Below, piece after piece: positions 12,423 through 26,596 of a stretch of DNA of 64,000 nucleotides; position 1 is the stretch's first letter; the number at the start of each line of letters is the position of its first letter. The notes under the pieces were generated by a model. That model was given only the letters and a program-made list of their open reading frames with translations, had not been told where the DNA came from and did no database searches. Source of the stretch: Octopus vulgaris (Eukaryota); NCBI GenBank assembly GCA_951406725.2, contig OX597820.1:101990001-102054000 (forward strand), read 5' to 3'. The position numbers were made by a program, and so were the translations under genes.

Positions 12423-14651
12423 TACACTAAGGATACACATGTCTACGGAGTGCTTGGTCACTTGCACATTAATTTCACAAGTTATTCTGTTCAATGGATC
12501 AATTGGAACCCTTGGTTTCATAACTGACAAAGAGCCAGTTATAGGTTTCATTTGATCTAACAATGTCTTAACATTTTAAGTATGTCTGGCTCATAGATTC
12601 TTTGATTCAATTCTCTGAAAACATAGAATCAAAGAAATTTATTTTATTCTCTCTTTTTTTCTTTCCTCCCTCTCACCACCTCAAAGAAAAAGATAAAGAG
12701 GTAGTTATTTGTAAAGAATTCATTCTACTGGTTGATACTGACTTGGAAAGACATTTTGTTGACCCATAAAGAAGAGCACAAGAGTCTATTCCTTTATGGA
12801 CTTGATATGTAACTTCAAAACTTTCTCCAAATTCATTTCAAAACATCATAATCAGTTGTTAATATATATAAACTTCAGACGAATCTTTCTGTCAAACAAA
12901 TCTATAAACAACCCTATTAGGTAACAACCGCAAATAAACTCTCAGCTGGCTACAGTTCAGATAATGGCTAATTATATGCTGGACACTGAATGCAAAAATT
13001 CTGAGACTGTTGGAGAGAAATGAGGCGAGTAACATTCAGTAGATATACAACATTATTTCAAGAGAGAAAAAAAGAGGCAGAGAGGGAAAGACAGTGAGAT
13101 TGAGAGGGAACAGATTGCTGTCATATGTCATTATATGTGGCAAAACAGAACTAATGGGGGTAAGTGGTGAGATGGATTAACACTTATAGTATTATTCAGG
13201 CACATGGCCTTGTTGTTAGAGCAGTGGACTTGCAGTCAAGGGAACACGGGTTCGAATCTCAGACCAGGCAATGTGTGTGTTTATGAGCGAAACACCTAAG
13301 CTTCACGTGGTTCCGGTAGAAGGTAATGGCAAAATTCTGCTGACTTTTTCGCCACAACTTTCTCTCACTCTTTCCTTCTGCATCTAGCAGCTCACCTGTG
13401 ACGGACTGGTGTCCCATCCAGGTGGGGAACCTACACACCAATGAAACTGGGAAAATGGACCTTATGAGCCAGGCATGGCTGAAGAAGGAACAAGCAGCAA
13501 CAAAACTAGAAGGCATGAATGTGATTGCAAAGATATGTGATATAAGACATTCCTCACTTGAAAAATAGATAAGGGTATCATCATCATTTTAACATTCACT
13601 TTTCCACCCTTGTAGATCAAGGGGCCTAATATCGTCTATGTATACTGTCGCTTGCTGTCAATAAATATTCTTATTTTATCAATCCTGAAAGGATGAAAAG
13701 TGAAATTGACCCTGGTGGAATTTGAACTCAAAACGTAGACAGATGAAATGCCGCAAAGCATTTTGCCTGGCATGCTAATGATTCTGCCAGCTTGCCACCT
13801 TTACCTTACAAGAAACATTGGTGGTTTCAAATTTTGGTACAAGACCACCATTTGTGGGGGGGGCGATAAGTCGTTTACATCAACTCCAGTGTCCAACTGG
13901 TACTTATTTTATTGACCTCAGAAGAATGAAAGGCAAAGTTGACCCCGGCAGAATTTGAACTCAGAACGTAAAGATGGATGAAGTGTCATTTAACATTCTG
14001 CTTGGTATGCTAACAATTCTGCCAGCTCGCTACCTTACTAGAAATACTAATAATGCAAATATTATTCATTTTTCAAATAAGTCATAATGGTTCACTGCAT
14101 TTGCACATAAATTAGCAGTCTTTGAAAACTTTACAAAAATATTTCTAAAATTCATGTTAGATACTAGTTAGTAAATTCTTTATGGACAGAACAGATAGAC
14201 AGAAAGGAAGGAAGAAAAAAAAAGGAGAACAACTGCATAGAGCAAATGCAACATTTTTCTTTGAGATAACATTACTTTTGTTCCAAATATAAAAAAAAAA
14301 GAAAAGAAAAAAGAGAAAATAGAGACAAATAGAAAGAAAGATAGAAAGCAAGATTAGGTGTCCATTGGAAAATTGTGCAAAATGTATAAGAGTAAGATAA
14401 AAATCTTAGTGTGAAGTGCAAGCTGTAAAGTGAATAGACTGATCATCAGTTAGACTGACAACTTTAGCAAATACAATTCCTCTTAACTCAATCATAGAAA
14501 AATTCTCTGTGAGCAAGTGAAGTACTTGCAGAAAATTAAGATAACAATAACCATACAGCAAGAATAAACGGCCAGGACAAAACTAGTGGGAATTCGTGAA
14601 GCAAAACAGATGCTGATAAAACTCAAGTCCAGCTTTAGACATTTTTCATAC

Positions 14652-14705
14652 CAACAGGAAAATGACACAAAAAATAGCAGCTATTTTTAAACTGGTTTCT
14701 GTACA
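14652..14705 (-). CDS. Putative exon F (CTETSLKIAAIFCVIFLL)
   Basis: Acceptor ctgtcatttttaaag|TGT, donor TTG|gtatga; 54 nt, phase 0-0. Confidence 0.45.
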
Positions 14706-15459
14706 CTTTAAAAATGACAGAGGATGCTACTCATGCCCACAGGTCTGTGCTGTTTTCAGATGAAACCTACCAATGCTTCTACAATATATAGGTGCAAAGA
14801 TACATACATATATACATACACACTCACCTCCACACAAAGAAACACATCGTATGTGCATTTGTTTACATTTGTACAATCTATGAGCAGTGCTGTCACCTGG
14901 AATCACTTACTTGAAAAACATATAAGGGTTGGTAACAAGAATGGCATCTGGTTACACAACAATGCCTCAATAATATATTTGTTTAACCCACACTTCAACG
15001 GCAAAATGGACATATAAAAAACAAATATATAGATCAATACTTACAGTAGATATATCACTGAAAGCCTGCTAAATAGTGGTGTTTGTCTTGAGAAAGCCTC
15101 TCTTATATAGCATTAAAAGACACCAAGATATAACAGTAGCAGATGAAAATTGTCAAGAACTGATGCTTTCTTGGAACAATTAGCCAAATATTAGGTTTTA
15201 TATATATATATAAAGCTCATAAATGACAGAGGAATAGTTTGATGAAGTTTTATTTAACAATAAGTAAATTCTAATATCATGACAAATTGTTTCGTAACTT
15301 AAAAACATGTAAACAATTTATATTATTATATCTAATAATAAATAAATTACTTCCATATTTGTATTAATGCAAAATGCTAAAAATCCTTCAAAATAATATG
15401 GAATGATACCTTAAAGAGCTATTTTTATGAGTACTACCAGATTACTTGAATCCATATAT

Positions 15460-15866
15460 TGTGACATTTAAATGTATACAGAACTTGTGGAAGAGGAAAA
15501 CTCAGGAAGACATGGGACGAAGTACTGAAGGTCAACCTCAGGACATTAAAAATTACAGAAGAGATGACAAAGGATCGATCTAACTGGTGCCCACCCTCTG
15601 CAGCAGGAGTGTTAAGACCACTACCCCCTTGAAGAGGATTGGCTTGCACAGCCCTGTGCTGGTGCCACATAAAAGCATTCATGATAGTGCAATGTTAAAA
15701 GCACCCAGCACTCACTATAAAGTGAGTGGCATTAGGAAGGGCATCCAACCTTAGAAACCAATCCAAATCAGACTGGAACCTGGTGCAGCCCTCCAGCTTT
15801 AGTCAAACTGTTGAACCCATGCCAGCATGGAAAATGGGCATTAAAGGATGATGATAATGATGATGA
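15460..15866 (+). mobile_element. 3' end of an RTE-clade LINE followed by a family C tail
   Basis: Translates CGRGKLRKTWDEVLKVNLRTLKITEEMTKDRSNW, resembling the GRPRKTW...DR..W C-terminus of RTE ORFs; ends in (GAT)n. Confidence 0.7.
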
Positions 15867-16635
15867 TATATGAGAGAAATCTCACAGCTATTTCTGGTGC
15901 ATTGAGCAACCATATAGAGGATCTCACGCTGGCTTGATGTTGTTTTGTTTCACCAAGTATATCAAGGGTATATTGTTAATGATTGCCACAGCAAACTTCA
16001 GTAAACACATTTGTTAATAAACTTTTAGCAGTCGATTTTCAAAATTACCTGCAATCTGTTTTAATCATGAATCAATATAATACATTCAATAGACAACAAT
16101 CATCTCATTTCTCCATAAGTCTTCTATACTTACCACCTATATTTCATACGGTCTGTCATTTGAATAGAAAAAGAAAGCTCCTTTGGAACTAATAATTAAC
16201 AAGTTAATTAATAACTCAATATGCTGATAGCAAATTAATCAAGATATAGTCAACAATTAACCTTTTTGTTACCAACTTACTCAAGACCAACCTTGGATCT
16301 GTGATATAAACCTCTTACTTTTACTCTTTAGCATTAAAACTGACCATGTCCAGCCCAAATATTTTATGTCTTACGTTCAAACTGGTTAGAACTTGCCTGT
16401 TACACCTACCTTACAATGCCATTCAAAAAATATGTAATCACATGAATGAAATCTCAAAGCTTCAAGATAATACATGATTAATTTCAAGTTATCTGATTAA
16501 ATAAACTTAATTGATAAAGAAATCTAAATGTTAAAGAGTTTAAAGTGATCTACATTAAAACCTGTCGCAATTGTATGTAAAGTTGTTGCAAAGACCAGGC
16601 TAATAATGACGAAGTTATCTCTTTCTCTTTTTCTC

Positions 16636-17010
16636 TCTTTTTACTTGTTTCAGTCATTTTGACTGTGGACATGCTGGTGCACTGCCTTTAATCGAGCAAC
16701 TCGACCCTGGGACTTATTCTTTGTAAGCCCAGTACTTATTCTATCGGTCTCTTTTGCCGAACCGCTAAGTGACGGGGACATAAACACACCAGCATCAGCT
16801 GTCAAGCAATACTAGAGGGACAAACACAGACACACAAACATACACGCACATACATATATATATACATACATACGACGGGCTTCTTTCAGTTTCCGTCTAC
16901 CAAATCCACTCACAAGGCTTTGGTCGGCCCGAGGCTATAGTAGAAGACACTTGCCCAAGGTGCCACGCAGTGGGACTGAACCCGGAACCATGTGGTTGGT
17001 AAACAAGCTG
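16636..17010 (-). mobile_element. SINE family A, nested in a degraded P1-like MITE
   Basis: Reverse copy; the flanks resemble the P1 MITE, which ends aagggttaa at ~17089. Confidence 0.85.
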
Positions 17011-17640
17011 CTGAATTCTTCATTATTTTCAAAATTATTTGAAACAAAGGCAGTGTATTTCAACAGAAATATGGTAACAAAAGGGTTAACCAATGTCTCC
17101 AAACACAAATAGTGTAAATACTTTTAGATCATTTATAAATTTATCCAACCTGTTTTAGTTTGAGTAGAGAAAGATAAAGTTAGATGGAGAAAATATTGAA
17201 AGAGTTAAGCAAAGTAAGGGAGGAGAAATATGGATTTCAACAGCTAAAGAAAGAGAGCAATAAAGAAAACCAGAAATGGCAGAGAGAGAGGGGAGAGAGG
17301 GAGGGAAAAGAGAGACAGGGTTAGGTGAAGAAAGATACTTAAGCAGAGAAAACGATGAGAGGGACAGTAGCTGAGTTTGTACAAATTATAAGTGATATCT
17401 CCTCATCGCATCTTGATCAGTTCTGAAGATCTGTTGTCATGACAACATTGAAGCATTTATTGGCAACCAAAAATAAGTGGAATCAAAAGATTGACTAAAC
17501 ACATGATTAAACACACAAACTTACATTTAATGTAAATGTGAAAATATTACACACAGTTAGTTACACATGTTGACTAGAGTACTTTCACTGGTTGTGTATC
17601 AGCAGATTTCAAATTATTTTTCACCACAATAACCTAACTA

Positions 17641-17869
17641 TTAACCCTTTCGTTACCAACCCAGCTAAAAGTGGCTCTGGCTCTGTAGTACAAATGCTTT
17701 GTTTTCATAAGTTTTGCATTAAAATCTTCCACCAAACCTTAGTCACAATTTATGTTCCTAACCCTGGCTAAATGATAATTAAGTTATTTTATTAAATTCT
17801 TTGTTATATTTAAAATAATTGAAAGAAACACAGAGCATCTCAAAATAAATACAGTAACGAAAGGGTTAA
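17641..17869. mobile_element. piggyBac-type MITE, family P1
   Basis: TTAA TSD with perfect 12-bp TIR ccctttcgttac/gtaacgaaaggg. Confidence 0.9.
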
Positions 17870-17879
17870 ACCAAACTGC

Positions 17880-18410
17880 TACACTAGCATGTATGCAGTG
17901 ACTATACTAGTAATATAGTGTGTACACAGAGACTATGTTACAAAACTAGTATGTACACAATGACTATACTACTGAACTAGTGTGTATGTGATGACTATAT
18001 TACTAAATTAATGTGTACACAATGACAATACTAAAGCACTACTGCATACACAGTGACTATACCTATTTCTTTACTACTCACAAGGGGCTAAACACAGAGG
18101 GGACAAACAAGGACAGACAAACAGATTAAGTCGATTACATCGACCCCAGTGAGTAATTGGTACTTAATTTATCGACCCCGAAAGGATGAAAGGCAAAGTC
18201 GACCTCGGCGGAATTTGAACTGACAATGTAACAGCAGACGAAATATCGCTAAGCATTTCGCCCAGCGTGCTAACGTTTCTGCCAGCTCGCTGCCTTATAT
18301 ACAGTGACTATACCACTAAACAAGTGTATACCCAGTGACTACACAACTAAATTAGAGTTACTCGGTAGTTACAACACTAGTATGCACACAATGACTATAC
18401 TACTACTACA
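17880..18410. repeat. Degenerate ~32-bp minisatellite, interrupted by a SINE
   Basis: Recurrent cagtgactatactactaaactagtgtgtacac-like units. Confidence 0.7.
18064..18296 (-). mobile_element. tRNA-derived SINE family B with ~18-bp TSD
   Basis: Head aaggcagcgagctggcagaaacgttagc...gttcaaattccgccgaggtcgactttgcctttcatcctttcggggtcg; flanked by ata(c/t)acagtgactatacc. Other copies at ~13680-14036, 21000-21213, 24088-24310, 25832-26050, 28965-29182, 44556-44787, 48172-48384 and 49068-49283. Confidence 0.9.
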
Positions 18411-18609
18411 ACACCATAGTTACAGAGTGAATGATTACATAGCTGCCTCCTCTATTAAAGTTTATATTATTGTTGTTGTTGTTCAGTTCCAGGTGAGCCC
18501 TAGAGAGTAGACTTATGATCAAAGCACTCCATCCATGACTACCTCCTCATTTTGCATATACCTGCAACTAATTCTACATTGTCCACTGTGTCATTCTCAT
18601 CTTGATAGG

Positions 18610-18989
18610 AGCACTCCGTCGGTTATGACGATGAGGGTCCCAGCTGATACGATCAACGGAACAGCTTGCTCGTGGAATCAACGTGCAAGTGGCTGAGCAT
18701 TCCACAGACACGTGTACCCTTAACATAGTTCTCGAGGAGATTCAGCGTGACACAGAGTGTGACAAGGCCGGCCCTTTGAAATACAGGTACAACAGAAACA
18801 GGAAGAAAGAGTGAGAGAAAGTTGTGGTGAAAGAGTACAGCAGGGTTCACCACCACCCCCTGCAGGAGCCTTGTGAAGCTTTAGGTGCTTTTGCTCAATA
18901 AACACTCACAATGCCCGGTGTGGGAATCGAAACTGCGATTATACAACCGCGAGTCCGCTGCCCTAACCACTGGGCCATTGTGCCTCCAC
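18610..18989 (-). mobile_element. tRNA-derived SINE family D
   Basis: Minus-strand head tggcccagtggttagggcagcggactcgcgg...gtttcgattccc (A and B boxes); relatives at ~13198-13500, 11180-12540, 37170-37425, 39880-40190 and 59360-59610. Confidence 0.8.
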
Positions 18990-20564
18990 TCATCTTGATA
19001 ATGGTTATATGAGTAGAGTATTTAACTGCTATACCTAGCAAGTCAGGTGACTGTTTAGAAGATCTTTCATTAGACCATTGTTAAACAGCCAGAAGCTCGA
19101 ATGACAAAACAAACAGTATGGCTGCTAGTGTTAATAGTACTGGACTACTAACTCAAAGGTCTGGAGTTCAAGCTCAGCTTGAATTTATTTATTTATGTGT
19201 ATTTATTTATTTAGACAGCATCTAACCCATTAGCATTAAACCAACTATATAATGCCCAAATATTATGTCTACTTTATGCTGAAACCAGCCACATCCAACC
19301 TATCACACCTACCCTACAATGAAATTCTAAAAGTAAACAATGACATCATTGAAATATCTTGAAGCAGTAAATTAAATCATGATAAATTCAAAACAATGTC
19401 AATAAATAAGCATTACAATGACAAAATAAACTGAATGCTAAAGAGTTAAACTACAAAACTATTTCAACAAATCATTATTGTCTCTCCCACTGAAAATAAT
19501 TAGACATTCCAGCAATGACCATACAATCTGTATTATTTTTTTAGGTATAGTGTACACCAAACTACATTATCCAATGTGTTTGTTGTTGAAGAAAGTAGAG
19601 TGTAATTTGAGAGAAATACAGCTGCTATTTCTAGCAAGCTGAAAAACCATGTAAAAACCTCCACTGCCGACAAGTTATCAGGCAATGGGGACCAGATCAC
19701 CTAGGAATGTAACTTACAATAGACTTAGTGTTTTCTCTATGAGAAAACTATGTCTCTTATCTGATTAATACCATGAAAACCAAAGTAAACCACCACTCTT
19801 TGAGGGTCACTAGCATGTCTTTAAATTTTGTTACTTTTTTGTTTTTTTAAAGTATGAAATATTTACAGAACTAACTCACGTCAGACATTATGGTTAGTAG
19901 TATTCAGATAGATAGCCAGCTCCTGATATGTTGTAAGCTAGAAATGGGAAAATGATGCTAAAATAGGAAAAATTATCTTTATATTGTTAGCTAGATTGAC
20001 AACCCCCCCCCTCTCTCTCTCTCTGTGCATTTGCATGTATCTATATGTGTTTGTGTCTCCTGTCTTCACATCAACGATAGCTGTCAACAAGCAGCCCTGA
20101 CATATAGGCAGTGTCATTACTTGGAAATAGGTATTGGTTGGTAACAAGAAGGGCATCCAACCATAGAAAAATCTGTCTTCAATAATTCCATCTGACTTAC
20201 TCATGCTCAGAAAAGTGCATATTAGTGGTGATGATAGTGATGATGATGATGATAATGATACTGAAGTAGATATTCTATAACTTTCAAACTCAAGTTTCCC
20301 ACAATATACCACCTCATCATTATTACAGCAAAAAAAGTTTTAATTGATCCACTCACAACACAACGAGTAATCAGACACATGTCTGGTGAGTTGCTTCCAC
20401 TGAAAACACCCACTGTTCATTCCACTCTATAAAGAGGTTGAAATAAACAGCAATGGCAATATGGAAAGTAGTAGTAGTAGTAGTAGTGGTGGTGGCATCA
20501 TATAACTTATAGGAATACGAAACTATTGCTGTTAACTTCATCATTGTGTAATGCTTCAGAGGAA

Positions 20565-20940
20565 AGTGGCTATGTGGTAAGAAATTTGCTTTCCAGCCAT
20601 GTGGTTCCAGGTTCAGTCCCACTACGTGACACTTGGGCAGGTGTCTTCTACTATAACCTCAGGCCAACCAAAGCCTTTTTAATGGATATGGTAGGTGGAA
20701 ACTGAAAGAAGCCTATTATGTGTGTGTGTTTCCTTATGTCGGTGTTTGTCCCCCACCAACACCTGACAACCAGTGTTGGCGTGTTTGCATCCCTGTAACT
20801 TGGCAGTTCAGCAAAAGCCACTGATAGAATAATACTTCACTTACAATATAGCAAATAAGTGGTTGAGATTGCTCAACAAAATAATTCAAGATGGTGCCCC
20901 AGTATGGTCGCAGTCTAATGACTGAAACAAGTAAAAGATA
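20565..20940 (+). mobile_element. SINE family A (diverged)
   Basis: Recognisable head, body and tail. Confidence 0.8.
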
Positions 20941-23900
20941 ATAAATAAGCACTAGCATATGTTTTCTTGTCATCTTTTTCAGAGACAATATGTGATGTAA
21001 AGATGGCAAGCTGGCAGAAACATTAGCATGCCAGGCTAAATGCTTAGCGGTATTTTGTCTGCCTTTATGTTCTGAGTTCAAATTCCACCGAGGTTGACTT
21101 TGCCTGTCATCCTTTCGGGTCGATAAATTAAGTACCAGTTGCATACTGGGATCAATCTAATTGACTGGCCTTCACTCCAAATATTTCAGGCCTTGTGCCT
21201 AGAGCAGAAAAGAATATGTGATGATGTATTGAAACTCGGCGATTCACCAAATATAGTACCTTCCTGATACCTTGCCTGTTTAGTATGGTGAACAGTGCCA
21301 CAATCTCTTTAACAGTACTAATTTAGAGTCAGAATGACAAAAAAGAAAAAAATGGAAAAAATGCATTGACAAAGAGTCCTTTTGTTGCCAAGGACACAGA
21401 GTGTCAAGTAATTCGTCATCAGCTTCATCTCGTATCCGAGAATTTAGTTCCTCTTTTGCTGAATGCTTCCTTTATGGTGATGGCATTGATGACTAAGTAG
21501 ACCAATTCTTACACAGAAGAGGCAATGGCATTTACTGGATGGTAATGTAGGTGGAGGGCAAGGTTGATTTTGTTGAGCCTTTCTCTTTGTCATTTGATTT
21601 CTTCCTTTTCTCTTCTGGTGACTTTGAAATTTTTGGTTCCAATGGTGATGGAACACAACCACTTAGTATTGACATAGGAATGTGTTTCAAATGATTTAGG
21701 CTAAAGTCCAGTGGTTTTCAGCAAAGTTTGTAAATTTTACTAGATTTGTACACCACAGAAAGAAACAGAATCTTATGTTATAGAACTGTCTTTTTTACAT
21801 GAGTAATAAGGGCTTGTTTTTTTCTTTTTCTTAATGTTTTGTACCTGTCTGGCAAGTGGTTTGATCTCAAGCTGAAACTAAAGCCATTACAGTGTGAAAA
21901 AAGTCATGTTAACTATACAGCAGAACCATTTTAGTGACCATGTTATATTGCAGACAGTGTAATGAAAATTATGACACCAAGTAATAAATAATTAAAGTGA
22001 AGTTAATTTCTGTCTATTTTTGACTGGTCAATACAAGTCTTCCATACGATGATTGCTATTTGTTTTTCTTTCTTTTTTTTTTTCTGCAACAAATAATTTT
22101 TTCTTTCAAATATTAAATACTGAAACCTCAAATTCCATCAAATTCTGTTCAGAAACTAATCTAAACTCAGGGCCATCATCGTACCATTTTTGCCAATGCA
22201 TACTGCCACCTGTTTCTTTAGGTTTAGTTTCTTAACAGTGAATATATAGTAATGTTGAGGTCATCTGATCAACAGAGTGGTTCCTTACCACAGATGTTCT
22301 GATACATATACAAAGAATACATTCACTGGTTATTTCAGATAGTCTATTGCTTTTCAGCTCTGATTAAAGAGATCTATGGTCTCAAATATGTCCCAGCTAT
22401 ATCCATCCTATTTCTTTTGTACACCTGAAACTAAATTATCCAGTGTGTCTATACATTTCGAGATAGCAAAATGTGATCTGAAGGAAATCTGGTCATTATT
22501 TCTGACAGGCCAAATTATTACATAGAAGTTCTCTTCTTGTTTATTCATATATCGAATATGAACAGGCATGGCATGTGCAAAGATATGACATACCATATTC
22601 TCCAACATGCAAATCAAATCTTTCATACCAAAATTTCCATGTGAAATGCAGCAAAATTTGGAAAGGTAGTGGTGATGTTTGAATGTTTACACTACATACT
22701 ATGTTGACTTGCATGCTGGAAAATATGGTACATGCCAAAATGGTTCAGCAGCTAGGAAAGTTGCTTCTTAACTACATGGCTTTGGATTCAGTTCTGCCAG
22801 GCAATACCTTGACCAAGTGACTTCTACCATAGCTATGGGTCAACCAAAGGCTTCTGAGTAGAATTCATTCAACTAAAACTCTGTAGAAGCCCACTGAAGG
22901 AATAATTCCTACATTTTGGGGGATAGGCTTAATACATTGATCATTTTAACACTACAATATGGTTCTTGGGTTCTTTTTTTTTTTAGCAATGTTGGCTCTG
23001 TTGCAAGTGTTTGAGGTGTGAGTAAGCCATTGACTTTAAAATATATTCTTTTGTTCTGAGCACTAGCCTGAGAGACACTAAAAATTGGTCATGAGTACTA
23101 TTCTTTCACCTTTCACTTAGGTATAGAGAAATAAACTTCTAAATCCTGGACGGTTTCCAGCAAGCTAAACTATTTAGCTATGCTATAAGTGCCAACATGT
23201 CTACATTTATTTCTCTGGTTGAAGCTTATATATCATTATGATCACCATTTTAATGTCCACTCTTCTACGCTTGCATCGGCCAGGCAGAATTCATCAGGGA
23301 AGACTTTCTACAACCAAACAGCCCTCCTGATATCAACTCGCACTTATTCCTAGGTGAAGGAGAGACTTTCCTCATGGCCTAACATGCTTCCATGAAAGAC
23401 TGAAGATTAAAGACATGAAGATTGCATTGCTCACTTGCAAGGATCATACAATGTCAAGACAGGATGACACATACTCACACACACACATATATATATATAT
23501 ATGATACACACACAAAAATGAGCTTCTTTCAGTTTCTGTCAACCAAATCCATTCACAAGGCCTTGTTTGGCCCAGAGGTTATAGAAGGACCAAGGTGATA
23601 TGTCGTGTGACTGAATATAAAACCACATAGTTGAGAAGTGAAAATTTTAATCATACACACGTGTGTGTGTATATTTATAAATATATAAAAGCTATGTCAG
23701 CCTATTTGTGTAGGTTTCTTAGTGCAGAACTTACAAAACCAGAAACAAACAAAAATATTGAATTTCCTAAGCAGAAAATTTCTGAGAGAAATTGATATTT
23801 AGATAAAGTGGAATTGTATAAATTCAGAAGGGGATTTGTAAAAGGTCAATAATCCTGGTTCAATCACAGAAACACCAATACATTAACTTTATGTGTGTGA

Positions 23901-24087
23901 GTGTGTGTGTCAACAAAACAACAGGCATACATACACATATATGCACAAGTACACTGCCACTAAACAATGACCTCCACTCTCAAAACTAGAAGGTTCCATT
24001 TCACTTTCACTCAGACCAACCAGAGGCACTTACATCTTTCAAGTAATCTCTTAATAAAACACACACAAATGTGCATGCTTGCTCAAA

Positions 24088-24310
24088 AGCTAGAAACATT
24101 AGCAAGCCGGGCGAAATGCTTAGTGGTATTTCGTCTGCCAGTACGTTTTGAGTTCAAATTCCGCAAAGGTCGACTTTGCCTTTCATCCTTTCGAGGTCGA
24201 TTAAGTAAGTACCAGTTACGCACTGGGGTCAATATAATCGACTTAATCTGCTTGTCAGTCCTTGTTTGCCCTCTCTGTGTTTAGTCCCTTGTGGGTAGTA
24301 AAGAAATAGG
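24088..24310 (+). mobile_element. SINE family B
   Basis: Matches the other family B copies. Confidence 0.85.
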
Positions 24311-24854
24311 TATATTTTAATAAAGAAATATATTTTAAAATAAAGAATATATTAACATCTCGTCATAACTTCTAAGTGGCATTCAACTACAACTCCAAGC
24401 CAACACATACTACGTATGTCACTTTTTGCAAGACCTTTAACAGTACATCTGTCAGTCTCAGCCACTCCTCTCCTCTCATTTTAAACTCAATGTTGAATAT
24501 TGCTTGTAAAATTTCATTTAAAAAAAAGTAAACCATGCACCCCAATTGAATTGTGGAACTGATCCAAGGACTACCACTCAGGAGCTAGGTTCATTAACCG
24601 CTTCCGCTACTGCCACTACCACCACCACCACCTTTGTTTTCTTCCTCCTCCTTGTCCTTATATTTCTATATTTGTGTAAAGTGACTCTCTCAATACCATC
24701 ATATCTGTGAGGCCCAACGTTTTTAGCTTTTCTGAAGATTTTATTTGAAGCCTCGCAGGTAAATTGCTTAGGGCACTTTTGAAGGAGGTTTTAAGAGGTC
24801 ATTTGTCTTGCTAGAAAAAGCAGCCAAATCTCCCCCATATCAAACTGCATCACC

Positions 24855-25082
24855 TTAACCCTTTAGTGTTCACATTATTCTGCCAAAACTTATGCTTTTT
24901 TTATCCACATTGTTTTGAACTAATCATGCATTATCTTGTGATTATGAGATTTTGATGAGGTAACTTAATTTTTCAAACGATATTGTAGGGTCGGTGTGAG
25001 AGACCAGATCTGGCCAGTTTGAACATAAAACAAGCAAAATACTTTTGGCCGGATATGGCCGGTTTAAATGCTAAAGGGTTAA
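24855..25082. mobile_element. piggyBac-type MITE, family P2
   Basis: ttaaccctttag...ctaaagggttaa termini. Confidence 0.8.
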
Positions 25083-25831
25083 ACAAAGAAAAACTCACTG
25101 CACACTGTATCATATAATTCTCAGCAATCATAAAATAATGGAAGCCACAGTTGGAATGCTTTTTGCTTATAAGTTTACACAAATTGGTCTTTCAACTAAA
25201 CATTTTTTCTTACTGTACACCATGTCTCTGCATTAAATGTCATAACAAAAAAAACAAAAAAAACTATAGACATAGAATCCCAAATGTACAACATTTAAGT
25301 CATGTTGCCAAACCAGATAAAATCAGATAACACCTTCATTATTGCAATGTAGTCTTAGCAACACTAGTGCTTCTTCCAAATTTATTAGCATCATTTATTG
25401 GCAAAATATATAATTCATATATAAATAAATGAATATATGTATCACTATATCAACCAGACTATTGAATGGTATTGTGACCTTGCTGGTCACAATGCACTTC
25501 CTCGCATTGTTGTAGCCACAAATGATGCCATCTCATTCTCTAAACAGGTAAGCCCACATTTTCCCCAAATTGGGTGCCAATTCATTGAAGAGTTATGCAT
25601 TTACCGCTAAGTGGACAGCACTTATATATATAGTCTACTCTGTAAGACAGTTGGTGTTAGGAAGAGTGTCCAGCTGCAAAACCCTGGTGTAGTCTTCTGC
25701 CAGGCCAGCCCCTATCAAACTATTCAATCAACGGCAGCATAGAGAACGGACAGATGATTATGATGATATGTGTATATATGTATGTTTGTTTGTGTTTTTG
25801 TATTGACATCATGCACGATTGACAAAGTACC

Positions 25832-26050
25832 TATTTCTTTACTACCCACAAGGGGCTAAACACAGAGAGGACAAACAAGGACAGACAAACAGATTAAGTC
25901 GGTTATATCGACCCCAGTGCATAACTGGTACTTATTTAATCGACCCCGAAAGTCGACCTCGGCGGAATTTGAACTCAACGTAACGGCAGACGAAATACGG
26001 CTACACATTTCACCCGGCGTGCTTAACGTTTCTACCAGCTCGCTGACTTA
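25832..26050 (-). mobile_element. SINE family B with TSD attgacaaa(g)tacc
   Basis: Matches the other family B copies; direct repeat on both sides. Confidence 0.88.
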
Positions 26051-26127
26051 TTGACAAAATACCATTGCCATCATAGAAGCAGTGTTGTCTGTTTGCAGTC
26101 TTTCACAGAAAGAAGTCTAGACTAAGG

Positions 26128-26317
26128 CAGTGCTCTGCAACCGTTAGGTCGCAGCACACTGGTATACCACAAGACAATGCTAGGTGTGCCACAGTGTAAC
26201 CTGTATATGATTTTTTTCCCCCTATACTTTTAGTTATATTTTTTGTTCAGGTGTGCCACTGAATTTTGAAAAGAATATAAGAGTACCACAAGTGATAAAA
26301 ATAGTTGCAGATCACTG
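26128..26317. mobile_element. hAT-type MITE
   Basis: TIR cagtgctctgcaac/gttgcagatcactg; 8-bp TSD gactaagg/gattaagg. Confidence 0.85.
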
Positions 26318-26596
26318 GATTAAGGGAAAAATATTACCTAGCTTCTGAATGGATGAGGTAGAAGATCTGCCTCAACAAATCCTATCTCGTCCATGAAAGC
26401 ATGCAGGAGTGGCTGTGTGGTAAGTAGCTTGCTAACCAGCCACATGGTTCCGGGTTCAGTCCCACTGCGTGGCATCTTGGGTAAGTGTCTTCTGCTATAG
26501 CCCCAGGCCGACCAATGCCTTGTGAGTGGATTTGGTAGACGGAAATTAAAAGAAGCCTGTCGTATATATGTGAAAAATATCTGTTCCGATTTGGCT

